From the NCBI GenBank assembly GCA_951406725.2, contig OX597825.1:35526001-35590000 (forward strand): 64,000 nt of DNA. Reading direction: 5' to 3'. This DNA comes from Octopus vulgaris. Its lineage: Eukaryota. The position numbers were made by a program, and so were the translations under genes. Under the pieces are notes generated by a model that worked only from the letters and a program-made list of their open reading frames with translations, had not been told where the DNA came from and ran no database searches. The stretch's first letter is position 1. Each line of letters begins with the position of its first letter. Below are positions 1 to 14,130 of the stretch, one piece after another.

Positions 1-449
1 ATTTGCAGTGCTTGAGAAAACACATCAAGCTAAGTAAAATCAAGACAACCCATACATTCGGGTATGGCCGTAAAGACCATGCCTCCACTCCCTCTCCTGG
101 CCAAGAGGTCTTTGTCTTGCAAGGGCCAGTGCTACATAAAATGTACATGTGCAAGTAGCATTTAAAAAGCACCTTGCACACATTGTAAGGTGGTTGACAT
201 TTAAATGGGCATCCAGCAGTAGAAACCATGCCAAAAGAGACAATTGGGACCTCGTCAGCTCCTACCAAAACATCCAACCTATGCCAGCATGGGAAATGGA
301 TGATGACAATGATGATAGTGATGACTAGCAGAATATATTAAAAAAATCTAGCTGGTCGCAGCTGGCATACCTTTGATCATAGATTTTGCTCAACTAAAGT
401 CAAACTGAAATTAAAACAACACCATCACCACATTGGGGGCATTACTCAC

Positions 450-543
450 CTCTTCGTTGTTGCACCAAGTTTTCTACACTTCTATGTAACTTCTGAAGCT
501 GAGTGTCCAATGCCTCAACCTGTTGCTGTTTCTCTTCAAACCA
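450..543 (-). CDS. SNX2: SNX1/2 exon, first BAR helix (WFEEKQQQVEALDTQLQKLHRSVENLVQQRR)
   Basis: tttgcag acceptor and gtgagt donor, 94 nt, phase 0-1; WFEEKQQQ..LD.QL.KLH..VE.LV as in SNX2; continues from MDETDE of the 52956 exon. Confidence 0.96.
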
Positions 544-2201
544 CTGCAAAGACAAACACAACACAGGCAACAGTATTAACAATGGTTCTTCAATGATTCC
601 AAAGATGGTTTATAATTAAACAGAGAAAAAAAAAAGAATTTTATTTTAAAACAACAAACGACCAAAAAAAAAAAAAGAAATAATAATTATTGGAAATCAA
701 TAAAATTTAGCTAATTCAATTACTGAAATGGACAGCATAGAAATGAATACAAACTCAATCAGTAAACATTATTCAGAAGATAACTATAGAAGCCAGAATA
801 ATTTGTAATATATTACTGCAATGATGAATATAATGGTTTCTTAATTAGATAAGGTAGGAAGTGCTAAGTGTCTTGCTCAAGGATGCAACAGATATCTTGT
901 AGCAGAATATAATACATTTATGACACATTCTGCCAAGCGGTCTGCATATTTTCTATTTTAACTCTACTTCTTTAAACACTTCATTATTACATAATAATTA
1001 ATAACAACAATAAGAGCAATTTCCTTTTTACGATTAGGCCAAAATAATTACATACATTAGGTACAAATATACATTAGATAGAAACACAAACAAAAGAAAG
1101 GAAAAGAGAAATTCTTGAGTTTAGTAGGATTAGTGGAATCACATAATTCTATTTAAACTTTGATGTTAATTTACAATAATTGAGCAAGACTTTACTAAAA
1201 ATAATTCCTGCATAGGAAGAGGGAAACTTGGATTTAGAGATATTCATGCTTCTCTTTAAAGTATCAGCAAAGGAGTGCGGAACATGAGAGAGAACAATAC
1301 TACATATTAGGTCTATTGAGTTTTCACTATTGCAATATGGTGGCCAATATTTTCTTCTTGTTTAATCTCAGGTCTTATCTGATTCAACAGACGTAGGATG
1401 AGAGGTGTTTCAGGCATGACCAGCCTATCTAGGACAACATTATTTTATGTCCTCTCTCCAACCGACTATTTTAAAGATGACAGAGTCTGATTAGAAGAAA
1501 ATTCAACTGTTATTTCTGGCAGGGAAGGTCTGTTTGCTACAATAAGCAGGATGAGTGACAACAAAGAAACTCAGATTTTCTTTCATTGTGCTTCAAACAT
1601 AAACACAAAACCTCAAGATCTCAGTGAAAGGGAAACAGTGATATCTATGCATTAGTAACTTTAAATGAACAATGTACTGGAGACATTTTTTCGAATATTT
1701 CTTTCATATATAAATATATAAAACAGTAGCCACAAGTATGGCTGTGTGACCAAGCACTTTGCTTCCCAGCCATGTGGTTTCTGGTTATCTGACTGTGCAG
1801 TCATGGGTTGACTAATGTTTTGGTAAGTGAATTCAATAGATGGATACTAAACAAAATTCTGCACATGTGAACGCACACACACACAAGCCTGTATGTCTAC
1901 ACTACATGTGAAAATACTCTGAGCTGCAGACAGTGATGTGTACGGACATTTTCCTGCCAATAAGTTATCAACTACTTCTGTGTTTTTGAAGTTCAGTGGA
2001 ATGGAAATCCCTGATTTGAAAAGCAGGGAATAATTAACAGCAGTAAGGGCATCTGGCAGTAAAATATGGCTTCATAAATTTATATTCACTTAACCCATGC
2101 CAGCAGGTGAAAAATATTAGTAATTTGGTGATATTTTAATGTAAGTATCAATTAGAACTATATAAAAAGGTCTCACACACTAGAATAATTGTATATGTTG
2201 G

Positions 2202-2203
<2 letters not shown>

Positions 2204-2245
<42 letters not shown>
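2204..2245. repeat. (TA)n microsatellite; representative of dozens of TA, CA, TACA, AAT and TAG tracts
   Basis: Seen directly; others at 8039-8068, 12424-12454, 24181-24210, 59527-59566, 60695-60742. Confidence 0.98.
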
Positions 2246-2247
<2 letters not shown>

Positions 2248-3844
2248 GGTGAGGTAAGTATATAAAATTTTCAAACGCCACACATTTACATGTCACGTGG
2301 TTGCATATACATGAAATCATAGAAAACAGCAATTCTAGTATTCATTTAACCCTGATCCAAGTAACACTCAGGTACATACACATTTATAAATAAACCACAC
2401 ACAGGCAAATATAACAACAGAAATATTCATGTTAGACAGAAAGAGGGCAACAACAAATCCACTGATGGAATTTGAACCATGTATCCATTAAATGATAGCT
2501 GACCGAGTTACTAATTAACATCTGACACAACCTCTTAAACTAGCTACTTAAATCTATTGAGTTAGAGAAACAAGTAATAAAACTGCTAAATTTTAAAAAT
2601 GGTGTTAATTAGTTCAAATATAAACTCAATCGACATGCAAATGATACACTGTTAACTGTTAAACACTTCACATCAAACCAATTTGGAAAAAAAAAGTATC
2701 CAACCTAAAAATTAAAACAAAAAAAAAAATTTAGTTACACATTACAATTCTGCTCAGGTTTATTAAGAAATAGAAAAAAGACAATCTACCCTTGCGTCTG
2801 CTACACCGTATAGCTATAATTTCAAAAGAAAAGAAAAAAAATATGCATATATATGTGTGTATTTATATTCACATACATCATCATATATATACATATACAT
2901 GTGTGTGTGTCTATGTATGTATGTATACATACACACATATATACATGTTATATGTATACTTTTTAACTTTTTGAATAATTTCTAGGTTAGATACAAAACT
3001 AGAAATCAATTTTTTAACTGGTATTTCAGTTTATCAAACCAAGAAGGATGAAAGGCAATGGTTGATCTCAGTGTATCTAAAGTCAGAACATAAAGGTACA
3101 TAACTGAACATGTAATTATTGCAAAATGAAAGAATTACACTCTTAATTCCTTCTCCAATTCATACAGGAATAACCTGAAGTAGACTTCAACAGTCGATAA
3201 CAAATTTCAGAGTTTTTCCTAATGAGTCTTTTTAAAATATCTAGAATAGTATTTATTTGGGAAGAAATCCTTCATGAGATATTTTGAAAGATTCACTATA
3301 AAAAAAAGAATAAAAACTCGACATGATAAATTTTAAGAAATTTAATTATTTATCCAATTACATGGCATCCTTCTCTCGTCACCACCCTTCATCTCCCAAC
3401 TAAAATTCAATCAAGAAGATACATTCTTTTTTGCAAAAGTACCAATAAGAATTCTGAAGAATCACATGACTGTACAAGTAGTGTTTCTGAATCACTATGA
3501 AAAATATTGATTTCCAAATTAGATACAAGGCTACACATGTTGAGTAGGGAGGAGGGAACAGTCAATGGCATTGGCCCTACACGATATTTGTCTAGTATTT
3601 GTTTTAATGACAGATAAAGCTGAACCCAGAGAGATTTGAGCTCAAAATGTAAATGGACATATGACATGGAATTTTGTTAATTGTTCTACTGATCTTGTTA
3701 GTTCATCACTAAACCATTACAAAATATTTGCAATAAAAAATGGTAATCAGCATGTTGTCTGTTGCAATTAAAAAAATTTTTTTTTACAATAATTATGGAA
3801 ATTCTAAGTGATAATAATAATAATCCTTTCTTGTGTAGGCACAT

Positions 3845-4008
3845 AAAACGCACCCACTACGCTCTCAGAGTGGTTGGCATCAGGAAGGGCATTCAGCTGT
3901 AGAAACCTTGCCAGAGAGCCTGGTGCAGCCTCCTGGTTAACCAGTCCTCAGTCAAACTCTCTAACCCATGCCAGCATGGAAAGTAGACAGTAAATGACAA
4001 TGATGATG
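3845..4008 (+). mobile_element. Short RTE 3'-end fragment; representative of many (e.g. 150-320, 29815-29980, 46370-46605, 49030-49190, 55030-55270)
   Basis: GGAAGGGCATCCAGCTGTAGAAAC...AACCCATGCCAGCATGGAAA...(GAT)n, the same terminus as the RTE copies. Confidence 0.8.
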
Positions 4009-7000
4009 CTTTTAACATAGCCAGAAGGCCAGTGAGTTTGGAGGAGGAAGTAAGTTAATTACATTGATCCTGGTGCTCAACAGGTACTTACTTTATCAAC
4101 CCCGAAAGGATGAAACGCAAAGTAGACTGTGGCAGGATTGGAATTCAGAACATAAAGACGGATGAAATGCCATAAAGCAGTTTGCCTGGCATACTAACGA
4201 GTCTGCCAGCTCGCTGCCTTAATAATAATGGTTTCTAACATAAGTACAAGACCAGAAATTTTGCAGAAGAGGAACAGTCGAGTACATCAACCCAAGTACT
4301 TGATTGATACTTTATCTAAGCCAGAAAGATGAAAGGCAAAGTTGCCTGCAATGAGATTTGAACTCAGAACAAATACAAGGCACAAAGCCAGCTATTTTGA
4401 AGGGAGAGGACAGTTGATTACATCAAGCCCAGTATTCAACTGGTACTTATTTTGGTCATGAAAGAATGGAAAGTAAAATAAAATGTAGTGATTTTTGTTT
4501 ACATTCCTGTAACTCAGTGGTCCAGTAAAAGAAACCAATACAATAAGTACCAGACTTATTGTATTGGTTTACTATATAAAACATAAACCGTACTGGGGTT
4601 GATTTTCTCAAATAAAACCCTTCAAGGCGGTGCTCCAGCATGGACACAGTCCAATGATTGAAACAAGTATAATATAATTTTTAATACTTGCAAACCACTA
4701 AGTTACGTGGATATAAACACACCAATATCAGTTGTCAAGAGATAGGGGGGAGGACAAACACTGACTCAAATATGCAGCTATAGTAGAAAACACTCGCCCA
4801 AGGTGCCATGCAGTGAGATTGAACCAGGAACCACATGGATAGGAAGCGAGCTTCTTACAACACAACTACATCTGCACTTTTTTTTTTTTGTCAAGGCAAC
4901 AATGACTGGACAATGATTTTCTTCAGCTATTTTCTTTTATTTCCGTTCGTCCATGTTTGCACGAATGGAATAGGTTAGGGCAGTATTCGGGAAAAAAACT
5001 TTTACAAATGCATGCTCTTCCAGCTGTTAGATGGCCAACCTTGAAATAGGAGTAGTGTAGGAATGACTAGTCAGACAAAAATCAGTGATGTGGCACAATC
5101 TAAATCTGAATTTTAGTCACAGTAGGGTGCTGTTTTTAATACTGAAATAATAAACTGAAAAAGCTGGCTTTGCCACATAAAATGTTTTTAGAATGAATAA
5201 ATAAGGGAACCTCTACAGGATTGCTTGACATGCTAAAAATAGCAGCCAAATGCTTTCAATAACATCTTAATTAAAGACAATAAGATTTCAGATTGTAGTA
5301 ACTCTGTATGTCAACAATTTTGATAATTTCTAGTGCATTCTGCAATGCTTGTGCACCTTGCAATAATAGTGCATCCTGCAATACTGCTGCCTACACTCAC
5401 AAATGGACTTGCCTAATCCATAAATTTATGGATTTGAGTGTGCATGTATGTGTGCTTGTGCCAAAAATAGACACAAAAGACACTGCTTTTGTGGATGGAT
5501 CCAGAGTTTAAAGAGTTTAGAATGAATAGAAAACAAGCTGAACGATTGATTATCTCTTCTTCCACCTAGCAACTAACAGTAGAGGAGACTAGAAATATCT
5601 ATAAATAAACTGCTGCGTAAATATTGCAGTGATAGAGATGGAAATAGTTACAGAATTAGAGGAGGAGAGAGGAATGTGTGATAGAAAGATCAAACAGGGT
5701 TTCCATAACAATTGAATTTACTTGATTTTGACAAGGCAATTTTGGTTTTTGTGAGTGGGGGAGAGATATAATAGTTAATGTGAATTAACCATTTTGTATT
5801 TTTTTATATCTAATTACTTCAACAACCTCAGAGAAGATGGTGACACTTACACCCATCAATGGGTCACAGCCTCACCCAACACATAAAATTGATTATATCT
5901 TATTTTTCATTTATTTATAAGACATTAGCAAATTTTTCAAGAAAGGATATAACTATTATAGACACTGTTTCTTTATCTTTCACACAAACACTACCAGTAA
6001 TGTATTGGAATCAATTCACTCCACACAAACACATACACAAAATTGCCACTGCTATCATCTTCATCATCATGCCCTCTGCTTTAACATGAGACGCCGAGTA
6101 AGGAATTCTAATGTTTCCAGCAGGAATCCTTGCTCTCATGTATTCTTTTCATATTGCATCACCAACTTCTCTCTCTCTTTCTCTCCAGCTGAGGCAGCCC
6201 TATTTCTCCCCTATTGAAAGACACCTATTTCTATCCCTCTATTCATATTCAAACGTCTCATCTCCTGACATAAACCTTCCTCAACCAGGGGAGGGGAGAT
6301 AGTCTTGCAAGTAACTTGGTGACTTCACTGTTGCTGGTGCCAAGTAAAAAGCAGAATGGATATCTTACTACTGGATGTTCTTACTGATAGACATGAAAGA
6401 GAAGTGGCACCTCGTATCAACCAGGCAGACTGAACCTTGATTAGAGGCAGCACAATATGGTGTAAGATTTGATCACATAACTATGTGGTCAGTATCCCAG
6501 TCTCTTAGCCTCACTACTATCATTACAAAGTTAAGACCACACAAAACCACAATTGCAAAGAAATATTTGCTTCTCCAAACAAATGGAATCACAGTTCTGA
6601 ATTCCAAACTGCCAAGATAGATATAAGAGAAAACACTCTTGGGAAAGGTGACCATATCAATCTTCAGTGGGAGAACCTCTGGGTGGTCAACTTGTTAAGA
6701 ATAGTATCCATACCTCACTCAAATTATAACCAGAAAAGCAATGCCATGAGAATGATAAAATGGACATGGCTGGTCTGCTGAGGCTGGGCATAGAGCTGAG
6801 CAGGGGCTAAAAAACAATCATAAACAACCAAATACCAAGGTTTGACCAGACATAATCAAAACCACACATATAACACACACAGTTACAAGACAGCAGTATT
6901 ACCGTTCTTGGAACTACTGATTGCTATCTCACCAGCAAACCTATCATTAAACCATTTATTTGCTTTTATCATTTCTCATCACAGCAATAATTAAAGTTTT

Positions 7001-7391
7001 AAACATATTTTATCAGCCTCAGGAGAAAAAGGTAGTCTTCAATATGTCCACTGCAAGGAGACTTGAACAAAGATCTTAAGACATAAATCTTGTAAGGAAG
7101 AAAAAAAAACGCCAAGAATTTCTGATCCTTGGCAAGTCTATAGTTTACTTTACTGGTGAGTATGGATTATTGTTTATGGCAAGGAAAAAAAAAAGAATTT
7201 ATGCAGCCCATCGTATTTTCTGAATAGGATACCTAACAAAAAATTGCCTAAAATATTTTAGTAGTGCAGCCCACCTAATGATAAGTTATGTCTCATGCAG
7301 CCCACATCTCAAAACGGGTTTCCAATACCAGCTCCACATAGTCACTTCAACTGCTGGAAATAGCCAACAGGCATTTCCACTTTCCTGTTGG

Positions 7392-7541
7392 CAGGGCTGG
7401 CCCTAGAGTTGTTGGTGCCCCAAGTAAGCTGAACTTTGGTGTGTACAAGCTTACGGTTGTGGAAATTTCCTTGTCTTTGTAACGCCCTCCTTGGTGCCCC
7501 CTAGTACATGGTGCCCTGGATGACTGCCTGAGTTGGCCCTG
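7392..7541. mobile_element. Short GC-rich MITE (PIF/Harbinger-like termini)
   Basis: CAGGGCTGGCCCT ... AGTTGGCCCTG imperfect termini; repeated GGTGCCCC internal motifs. Confidence 0.5.
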
Positions 7542-8035
7542 CACACTTTCACATATACAACTGACTGAGACAATTTAGAGATGCACCAACATGCAATGTG
7601 ACATCCATACTTAAAGCCACTCCCATCCCACTCAGAAACAGTCACACACTGACGGATACATTAGACTTACTACAAAAAGCACATAACTGTGTCCAAATTG
7701 CACACATCAGCACTTTGAACCAACCGAAAACAAAGATATGGAGAAAAAAACAAGACCTTAAAAGCAAAATATAAACCAGCATCATCACTGCAAGAACCTC
7801 CCCCCCACACACACACACACACTTCACGTGGCCACCCCCTCCTCACCACCACATTCTTCCAAAGCACTTTCATAATATCATCTCAGGTTGAGGATTCCTG
7901 TACCCAGAATGAAAACACTGCTGTGAGGCACTGACTCTTCCAGTTCCTGCAGCAAGCAAAGCACTACCACAGCTGCACACTACACCTTTACTGAGCACAT
8001 TCTCACAAGGTATACATGCATCTGCACATATGTGT

Positions 8036-8072
<37 letters not shown>

Positions 8073-8767
8073 TTTGAATTTACAAGTGAAAGTACTAAGT
8101 AAAGGGTTAGTATATCACTGTCGAAAAGATTTGCTGCTTTGTTACTGCTGTGAATTTTGTAAATTTTACTATTTCCTAACATGATCAGTAATTGCAATAA
8201 TGTATACTCATGCACACACACACACACATGCCTTCACATTTATACACACAAACATATACACCTATATACATTAAAAAGTAGTGTCCCAGAACTAGCCTAT
8301 TAGACATTTTAACCATGTGAGGCAAAATAATATGGAAAGTTGATCTGAGCAGAGAGATGCAATCTGAAAAGATTAAGATAATGCAGGTATTTTTGACATA
8401 TTAATTAATATATCAGCATGGAATAAGAGAATTGGCATATCTAACAACAATACCTGCTTTATCAAAATCTTCTCTGGTGATTACAAAGACTTTATGCCAA
8501 GTCAGACTTCCAATCTGCTATTTATTTCTTTTAATCTTACAAGGTTGATAAAATATCTTTGTCATACCTGGGCAAATTAAATTTACTAAAATTGGGGTCA
8601 CCAACCACCAGGTTGCAGACAGTCCTGGGGCTGTGGATCATTTGCTACTAGACTCCACAGAAAAAGAATAGGTTTCTAAATTTTATTTCTATTTATTTGA
8701 TTATCACAGTCTGCAGAGTGTTGATGCATTATGTAAATATATGTAATAATTAAATTATACATTACGT

Positions 8768-8925
8768 GCAGGCATGGCTGTATGGTAAAAAAAACTTGCT
8801 TTCCAATCATATGGTTCCAGGTTCAGTCCCACTGCGTGGCACCTTGGGCAAGTGTCTACTATAGTCTCGGGTCAACCAAAGCCCTGAGTGGATTTGGTAG
8901 AGAGAAACCAAAAGAAACCCATCAT
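8768..8925 (+). mobile_element. Second tRNA-derived SINE family; representative copy (others at about 10980-11120, 16890-17020, 22325-22450, 36485-36640, 49717-49880, 55360-55520)
   Basis: GGCATGGCTGT.TGGT.AGAAG head, GGTTCAGTCCCACTGCGTGGCACCTTGGGCAAGTG core, GAGTGGATTTGGTAGA 3' part; usually followed by CA/TA microsatellite. Confidence 0.85.
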
Positions 8926-8930
8926 ATATA

Positions 8931-8979
8931 TACAATAGTACCTTGGTTTACAAATGTCTCTGATCATGAATAAATCGTG

Positions 8980-9015
<36 letters not shown>

Positions 9016-9063
9016 CATGATTTATTTGTGATCAGACTTGTTCGAAAGCCAAGGTAATACTGT
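8931..9063. mobile_element. Tc1/mariner- or pogo-type MITE with about 50-bp TIRs around a (TA)n core
   Basis: TACAATAGTACCTTGGTTTAC... and ...GAAAGCCAAGGTAATACTGT are imperfect inverted repeats. Confidence 0.75.
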
Positions 9064-12000
9064 GTGTGTGTGTGTGTCCTGGGGTTGATTTGTTCAACTA
9101 AAACCCCTTAAGGTGGTGCTCCACCATGACCACAGTCAAATGACAAACAAGTAATAAAAAAAAATATCCACTTTACTGCATTTCATTATGAGCATGATTC
9201 CTTGACCCACAGAAAAAAAATTGTCTCGCATAAAACAGGTCTACAGTGCAAAAAAGCTTGTGAACCATTGCACTAAAACACTGGAAACTGGTGTTCCAGC
9301 ATGGCCAAAGTCTAACTGACTAAGAACAGTAATAACAAAGACAGCAGATAATGGCAGGCTTGATGATGATAATAAATAGTTTTTCAAGAGCTGTCAAAAA
9401 CACAGAAAATTGGGATTCATAATTGAACTGGAGAGATGCAAACCAAGCCATACATTTTAATGAAATAGTCAAAGGATGCTGCTGATATAGTTTTGAGTGT
9501 TTCAATCATGGACGAATTTTACTGGAAACTTCAGTCGTAATTGACTTCATAAATAACTGCAGCATTCAAAGTAAACCTTTAAGTGGTTTAATGCAAGCAA
9601 AATATTTTCTATACAGATTTAAGTTGTAGAAATAGTAGTGATTTAGATACTTCATACTTTCTGTTTCTCTTTTTCTCAAGCATAGAGAACGTATATGAAA
9701 GTATGTATGTATATATAACATGCATACATACGTATACATATATGTATGTGTGAAAATACACATATATATATATTTACATACATACATACATGTATGTATG
9801 TACATATAAAATTTGCTGTGAGATGTTATTACCATTATCATTTGCTATTTTACATAATGTGCAAGAAGAAAACCTTCACAGAAATACAGGAATTACATTT
9901 GTTAACTCTCAACTTCCATTGAAGGTAGACCATACAATGTCAAAGGTCATATATTTTATTATAGTCAGGGTCATCATTAGGTCATGCTCATTGAGAGTAG
10001 AATCTCTCTCACTTGAACCATCCAGTTAGTCAGCCTGGCTGGCTTGAAAATCAGGTGCTATCTCTACCATACAGCAGAGAGAAAGAGAGAGAAAGTAATT
10101 AGTTAAAAATATCCATTTTCTCTCAATTGTAAATATTAAAAATTTCTCCATAAATAAAAAGAACAATGTTTACCCTTTAAATCCCTTGGTAAAATTATGA
10201 AGAAAGGGAGAGAGACAGACAAACAGACGTACACACAAAAATCAAATCTTATTGAACAGACTTTCATTACAAAAGGCAAAAAAAAATCCAAACTAATAAT
10301 AAACAATAAACAAACAACTGCAAATTTCCAAGAGAGAGGGGAGATAGGGGAGAGAAATTGTGAGTCTGGGAGAAAATATTCATTAGCAAATTAAACTTTA
10401 TATTTTATGCTTCAAGCACTCCTGCTAAGATCATTATCATCGGCAACATCATCATTATTATCATCATCATCATCAGAAATAATTGTAGCAATAAATCACA
10501 TAACAGAAAAAAAAAAAGACATTGTAAATAAAGTTAATGGTCAGTAAACAGCCCAGATCATTCATTACATTAAATGAGAAACACTAAACAAGGTAACGTA
10601 GGAATCTCTACATACTTTGCTTCACATCTAAGAAATAGCAGCCAAACTCCCTCTAGCCACTCTCAACTGTCTGCAAAAAAGTACACATTGGACAAAGTAA
10701 CCCTTGATACATTATGCTTGTAAAAGAAAAAAAAAAAGCCAGGATGATTGTAACTGGAATATCTTTGGCCATAAGTCTCCAGGGTGACCTGAGGTTCACT
10801 TCTTTCAAGCAAGCACAGTATTTATATAACTGAAGTCTGCAGTAGGAGTCACAGTAGCAAAGATCAGAAAGAGCAGTGGACTCATTGCTTACTTTCTCTT
10901 CTATATTTCCTGGCAGAAAGGCTAGTACTTATAGCCTGGGGCTAAACAACAACAACATATGTATAAAAAAGAAGTCTTGGGCACAGGCAAGGGTAAGTGA
11001 TTAAGAAACTCGTTTTGCAACCATATAGTTTCAGGTTCAGTTCCACTGCATGGTACTTTGGGTTCTACTATAGCTCCAAGCTGACCAGTGCCTGTGAGTG
11101 AATACAGAAGATGGGAACTGTGTCATATATATATATGAAGCCTGTCACATATATGTGTGTGTGTGTGTGTATATATGTATGTATGTGTGTGTGTGTGTGT
11201 GTGTGGTTGTGTTTGTCCCACTTTCCAACCACTTAGCAGGTGTTGGTTTGTTTATGACCTTGTAACCTAGCAGTTCAGCAAAAGAAAACAAGGGAATAAG
11301 TACCAGACTGAAAAAAAAAGTACTGGGAGTAATTTGTTGGTCTAAATCCAAGGTAATGCCTCAGCATGGCCACAGCCCAACAACAAAATCAAGTAAAAGA
11401 TGGTGGAGATATAACCATGTTTTTGTTTTGTTTTTTCTTTTGCTATTACAGTCAAAAGAATATTAAAGGAAATAGAGGATTTCAAGTAAAAGTAAGTCTA
11501 TCATACATTGACTCATAGATGTTCAGGTTGGACATATTTCATTCTGTCTGCCAAAATGAGAAGTCCTGCAAGAAATGCCATAGCCACAGACACTCCTCAC
11601 CTAGCTAACATAAAAAAAAATGTCAACCAGAGTATCTATATGGAGTTGCCTGACCTATGAGACAACCAAGACTCCTTTAAATAATATCCTACTATTTTAA
11701 AAAAGTAAAAGACACACGGAATAATGAAAGCCAAAATGCACTATGCTTGAAGAAAACCCAGTATGGTCTTGGTTAGGGATGTCCTTGAATTGACATGGGA
11801 GATAAATACTAATAAAAGAAAAAAGAGAAAATGGCTAAGGATACTAGAAAGTGGAGAACTTAAACTGAAAATTATATTTGTTAAATTTGTATTATATTGT
11901 ATTCTTAAGCAAGGCACTGGAGTTCTCTTGCTTCAGTTCATCTTGCTAATTTGGATAAATAATCAAATCTTTAGAGAATACTTTTTTGCCATAGACTAGC

Positions 12001-12417
12001 TTTCAGTATCTTATCTCAGCAGAAAATTCATCTATATAAAGACAAACAATGGTTTTCTGAACTTATGTAACTCATGGATGGGTGAACACACACACACGTG
12101 CACATGTGTGTGTGCGTCTGTGTGTGATCTTGTGTATGTGTTTAAGTATATGAAGATTTTGAGTACAAATATATATCTTACATAACTTACAAAAAGTTTC
12201 CACTTAAAATGAAGACAGGTAAAAATAAATAAAATGAAAAAGAAAATGCTAGACAGTAACATTAATCACACTATTAAGCTATTCTTTGTTATTTCCAATC
12301 ACATTATTTAAGGAGTAATAGCTGCAAGGGTGCCATCAGATGGCTGGAACTGTCTCTGTGAAAAACTGAAAGATAACAGCCTATCACAGGTTGCAGCATG
12401 TCATACCTCCCCACCAC

Positions 12418-12460
<43 letters not shown>

Positions 12461-12465
12461 CTTAA

Positions 12466-12650
12466 CTCTTTCATTACCATATTCCTAATAGAATTACCTG
12501 GCTTTTGCATTTCAGTTAATTTTAGAAATAGCAAAATTTTCTGAAATTATATTGTGGAGAAAGTTTTTAATTTGAATATGAAGACTTTAAAATGAAGTGT
12601 TTTTTATACACAACCAGGCATTCTCTCAAGTGTGGTTGACATCAGAAGGG
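12466..12650. mobile_element. Second piggyBac-like MITE family member
   Basis: TTAA-CTCTTTC ... GAAGGG-TTAA termini. Confidence 0.55.
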
Positions 12651-13789
12651 TTAATTTTCAAAAATCAACCCCTCTGTGGAGCTGTAAATATATAATTAGC
12701 TTGGAAGGGACAGCTGACTGTTTGCTTCAATGTCAAAGATACATTTTATTGCTGGCAAGTATTATTGTTTAGCCACACTGATCCAGTAGGGTAATGATCA
12801 GATGCATTCCAGCAGGGACCATCCATTCATTTTTTTCTCTATGTGAGGGACAACCATTGTTCTTTTCTTAAAAGGGTGGGGTAAAGTTTGAGATAGATTT
12901 TGCTGCTACTACATAAAAGATCCCTCACTGGGTCATGCCAGCAAGTGTTTTACTTGGTTAAAACCTCATCTTTCTTAAATCAGCTATGACCACAAGCTTG
13001 GAGAAAGACATCAAGAGAAAATCAGTTCTATATATCCTGTATTGGATCACTACGCATAAGATATAATATTCAGCAAAGCCTCAGCAACTCAATAAGCTAC
13101 TATCATTATCATTATTTACTCAATGTCTATTGTTAGCAGTGTGGATCATATTCAGGTACCTTAAAAGACAAGAATTCAGTTTTAAATTTTAGCTCAAGGC
13201 CAACAATTTTAGGATGGGTGGGTTAGTCAAATGCATCAACCACCAGTGCTTGTTTGGTACTTTATTTTATCAACCCCAAATAAATGGAAGGTGAAGTCGG
13301 CCTCTGGAATTTGAAACATAAAATGCCAGAAGAAATACTACCAAGCAATTCAGTCAGTTACTGTCCTTGTCAATAGTTTAATAATAAAAATATAGTATTG
13401 TTTTATCAAAGATTGACTTCTTTCCTTTCTTGGGATAGAGGCGATTTTTCTGAGAGGTAAAGAAATAGTTGATTCAACTGCAATACAAACCAAGCAAGAA
13501 CAGTATTTGCGAATATGAAATACAAAATACACATCATCAAATAATCTATTACTCTCAATACTAATGGCATCGGAAATACTGGAAACTGAAAAGTGAAAAT
13601 ATCAAGAACAAAAGTAAAAAAAAATTCAAATCATCCTTACAATTATTGTATAAAATTACAAAGAGAAAATACTACAGAAATAATGAAGCAATAATAATTT
13701 CTAATGTTGGTACCCCAAAGCCACAAATTTTAGAGGTGGATAGAGTTGATTATATTAACCTCAGTATTTCCTTGCTATATTGTTGTTGA

Positions 13790-14130
13790 TGTGTTCCTTC
13801 CACGAGATGGCCATGATGGAGTGAAGGTATCCTTAGTGGAAGTGATACAGCAGCTTGACCTGCTTCCTATAGAAAGACCAGCTGAAATTCCAGATCACCC
13901 AGGCATAGATCCCACAGGGTGTGAGGGAGTTGCAGTACAGAGGGAGGTGTGGCAAAATTGCATTAAGATCACTACAACTTTGAGAAGGCCAGAAAAACAG
14001 TGGCAGATAAGAAATGGCCAAAAAAGAAAGAGTCATTGTCTCGACACCCAAGTATGCTAGAGCCAGTTGTTCAAGGATTGGCTCACATTACTGCTTAAAG
14101 GCTCGCCACTCTTCTTCATGGTCTTTGGGT
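13790..14130 (-). mobile_element. Highly degenerate Tc1/mariner transposase remnant
   Basis: FWPSQS.SDLN and GIYAW resemble the WPxxSPDLNPxxxxW motif; no termini seen. Confidence 0.45.
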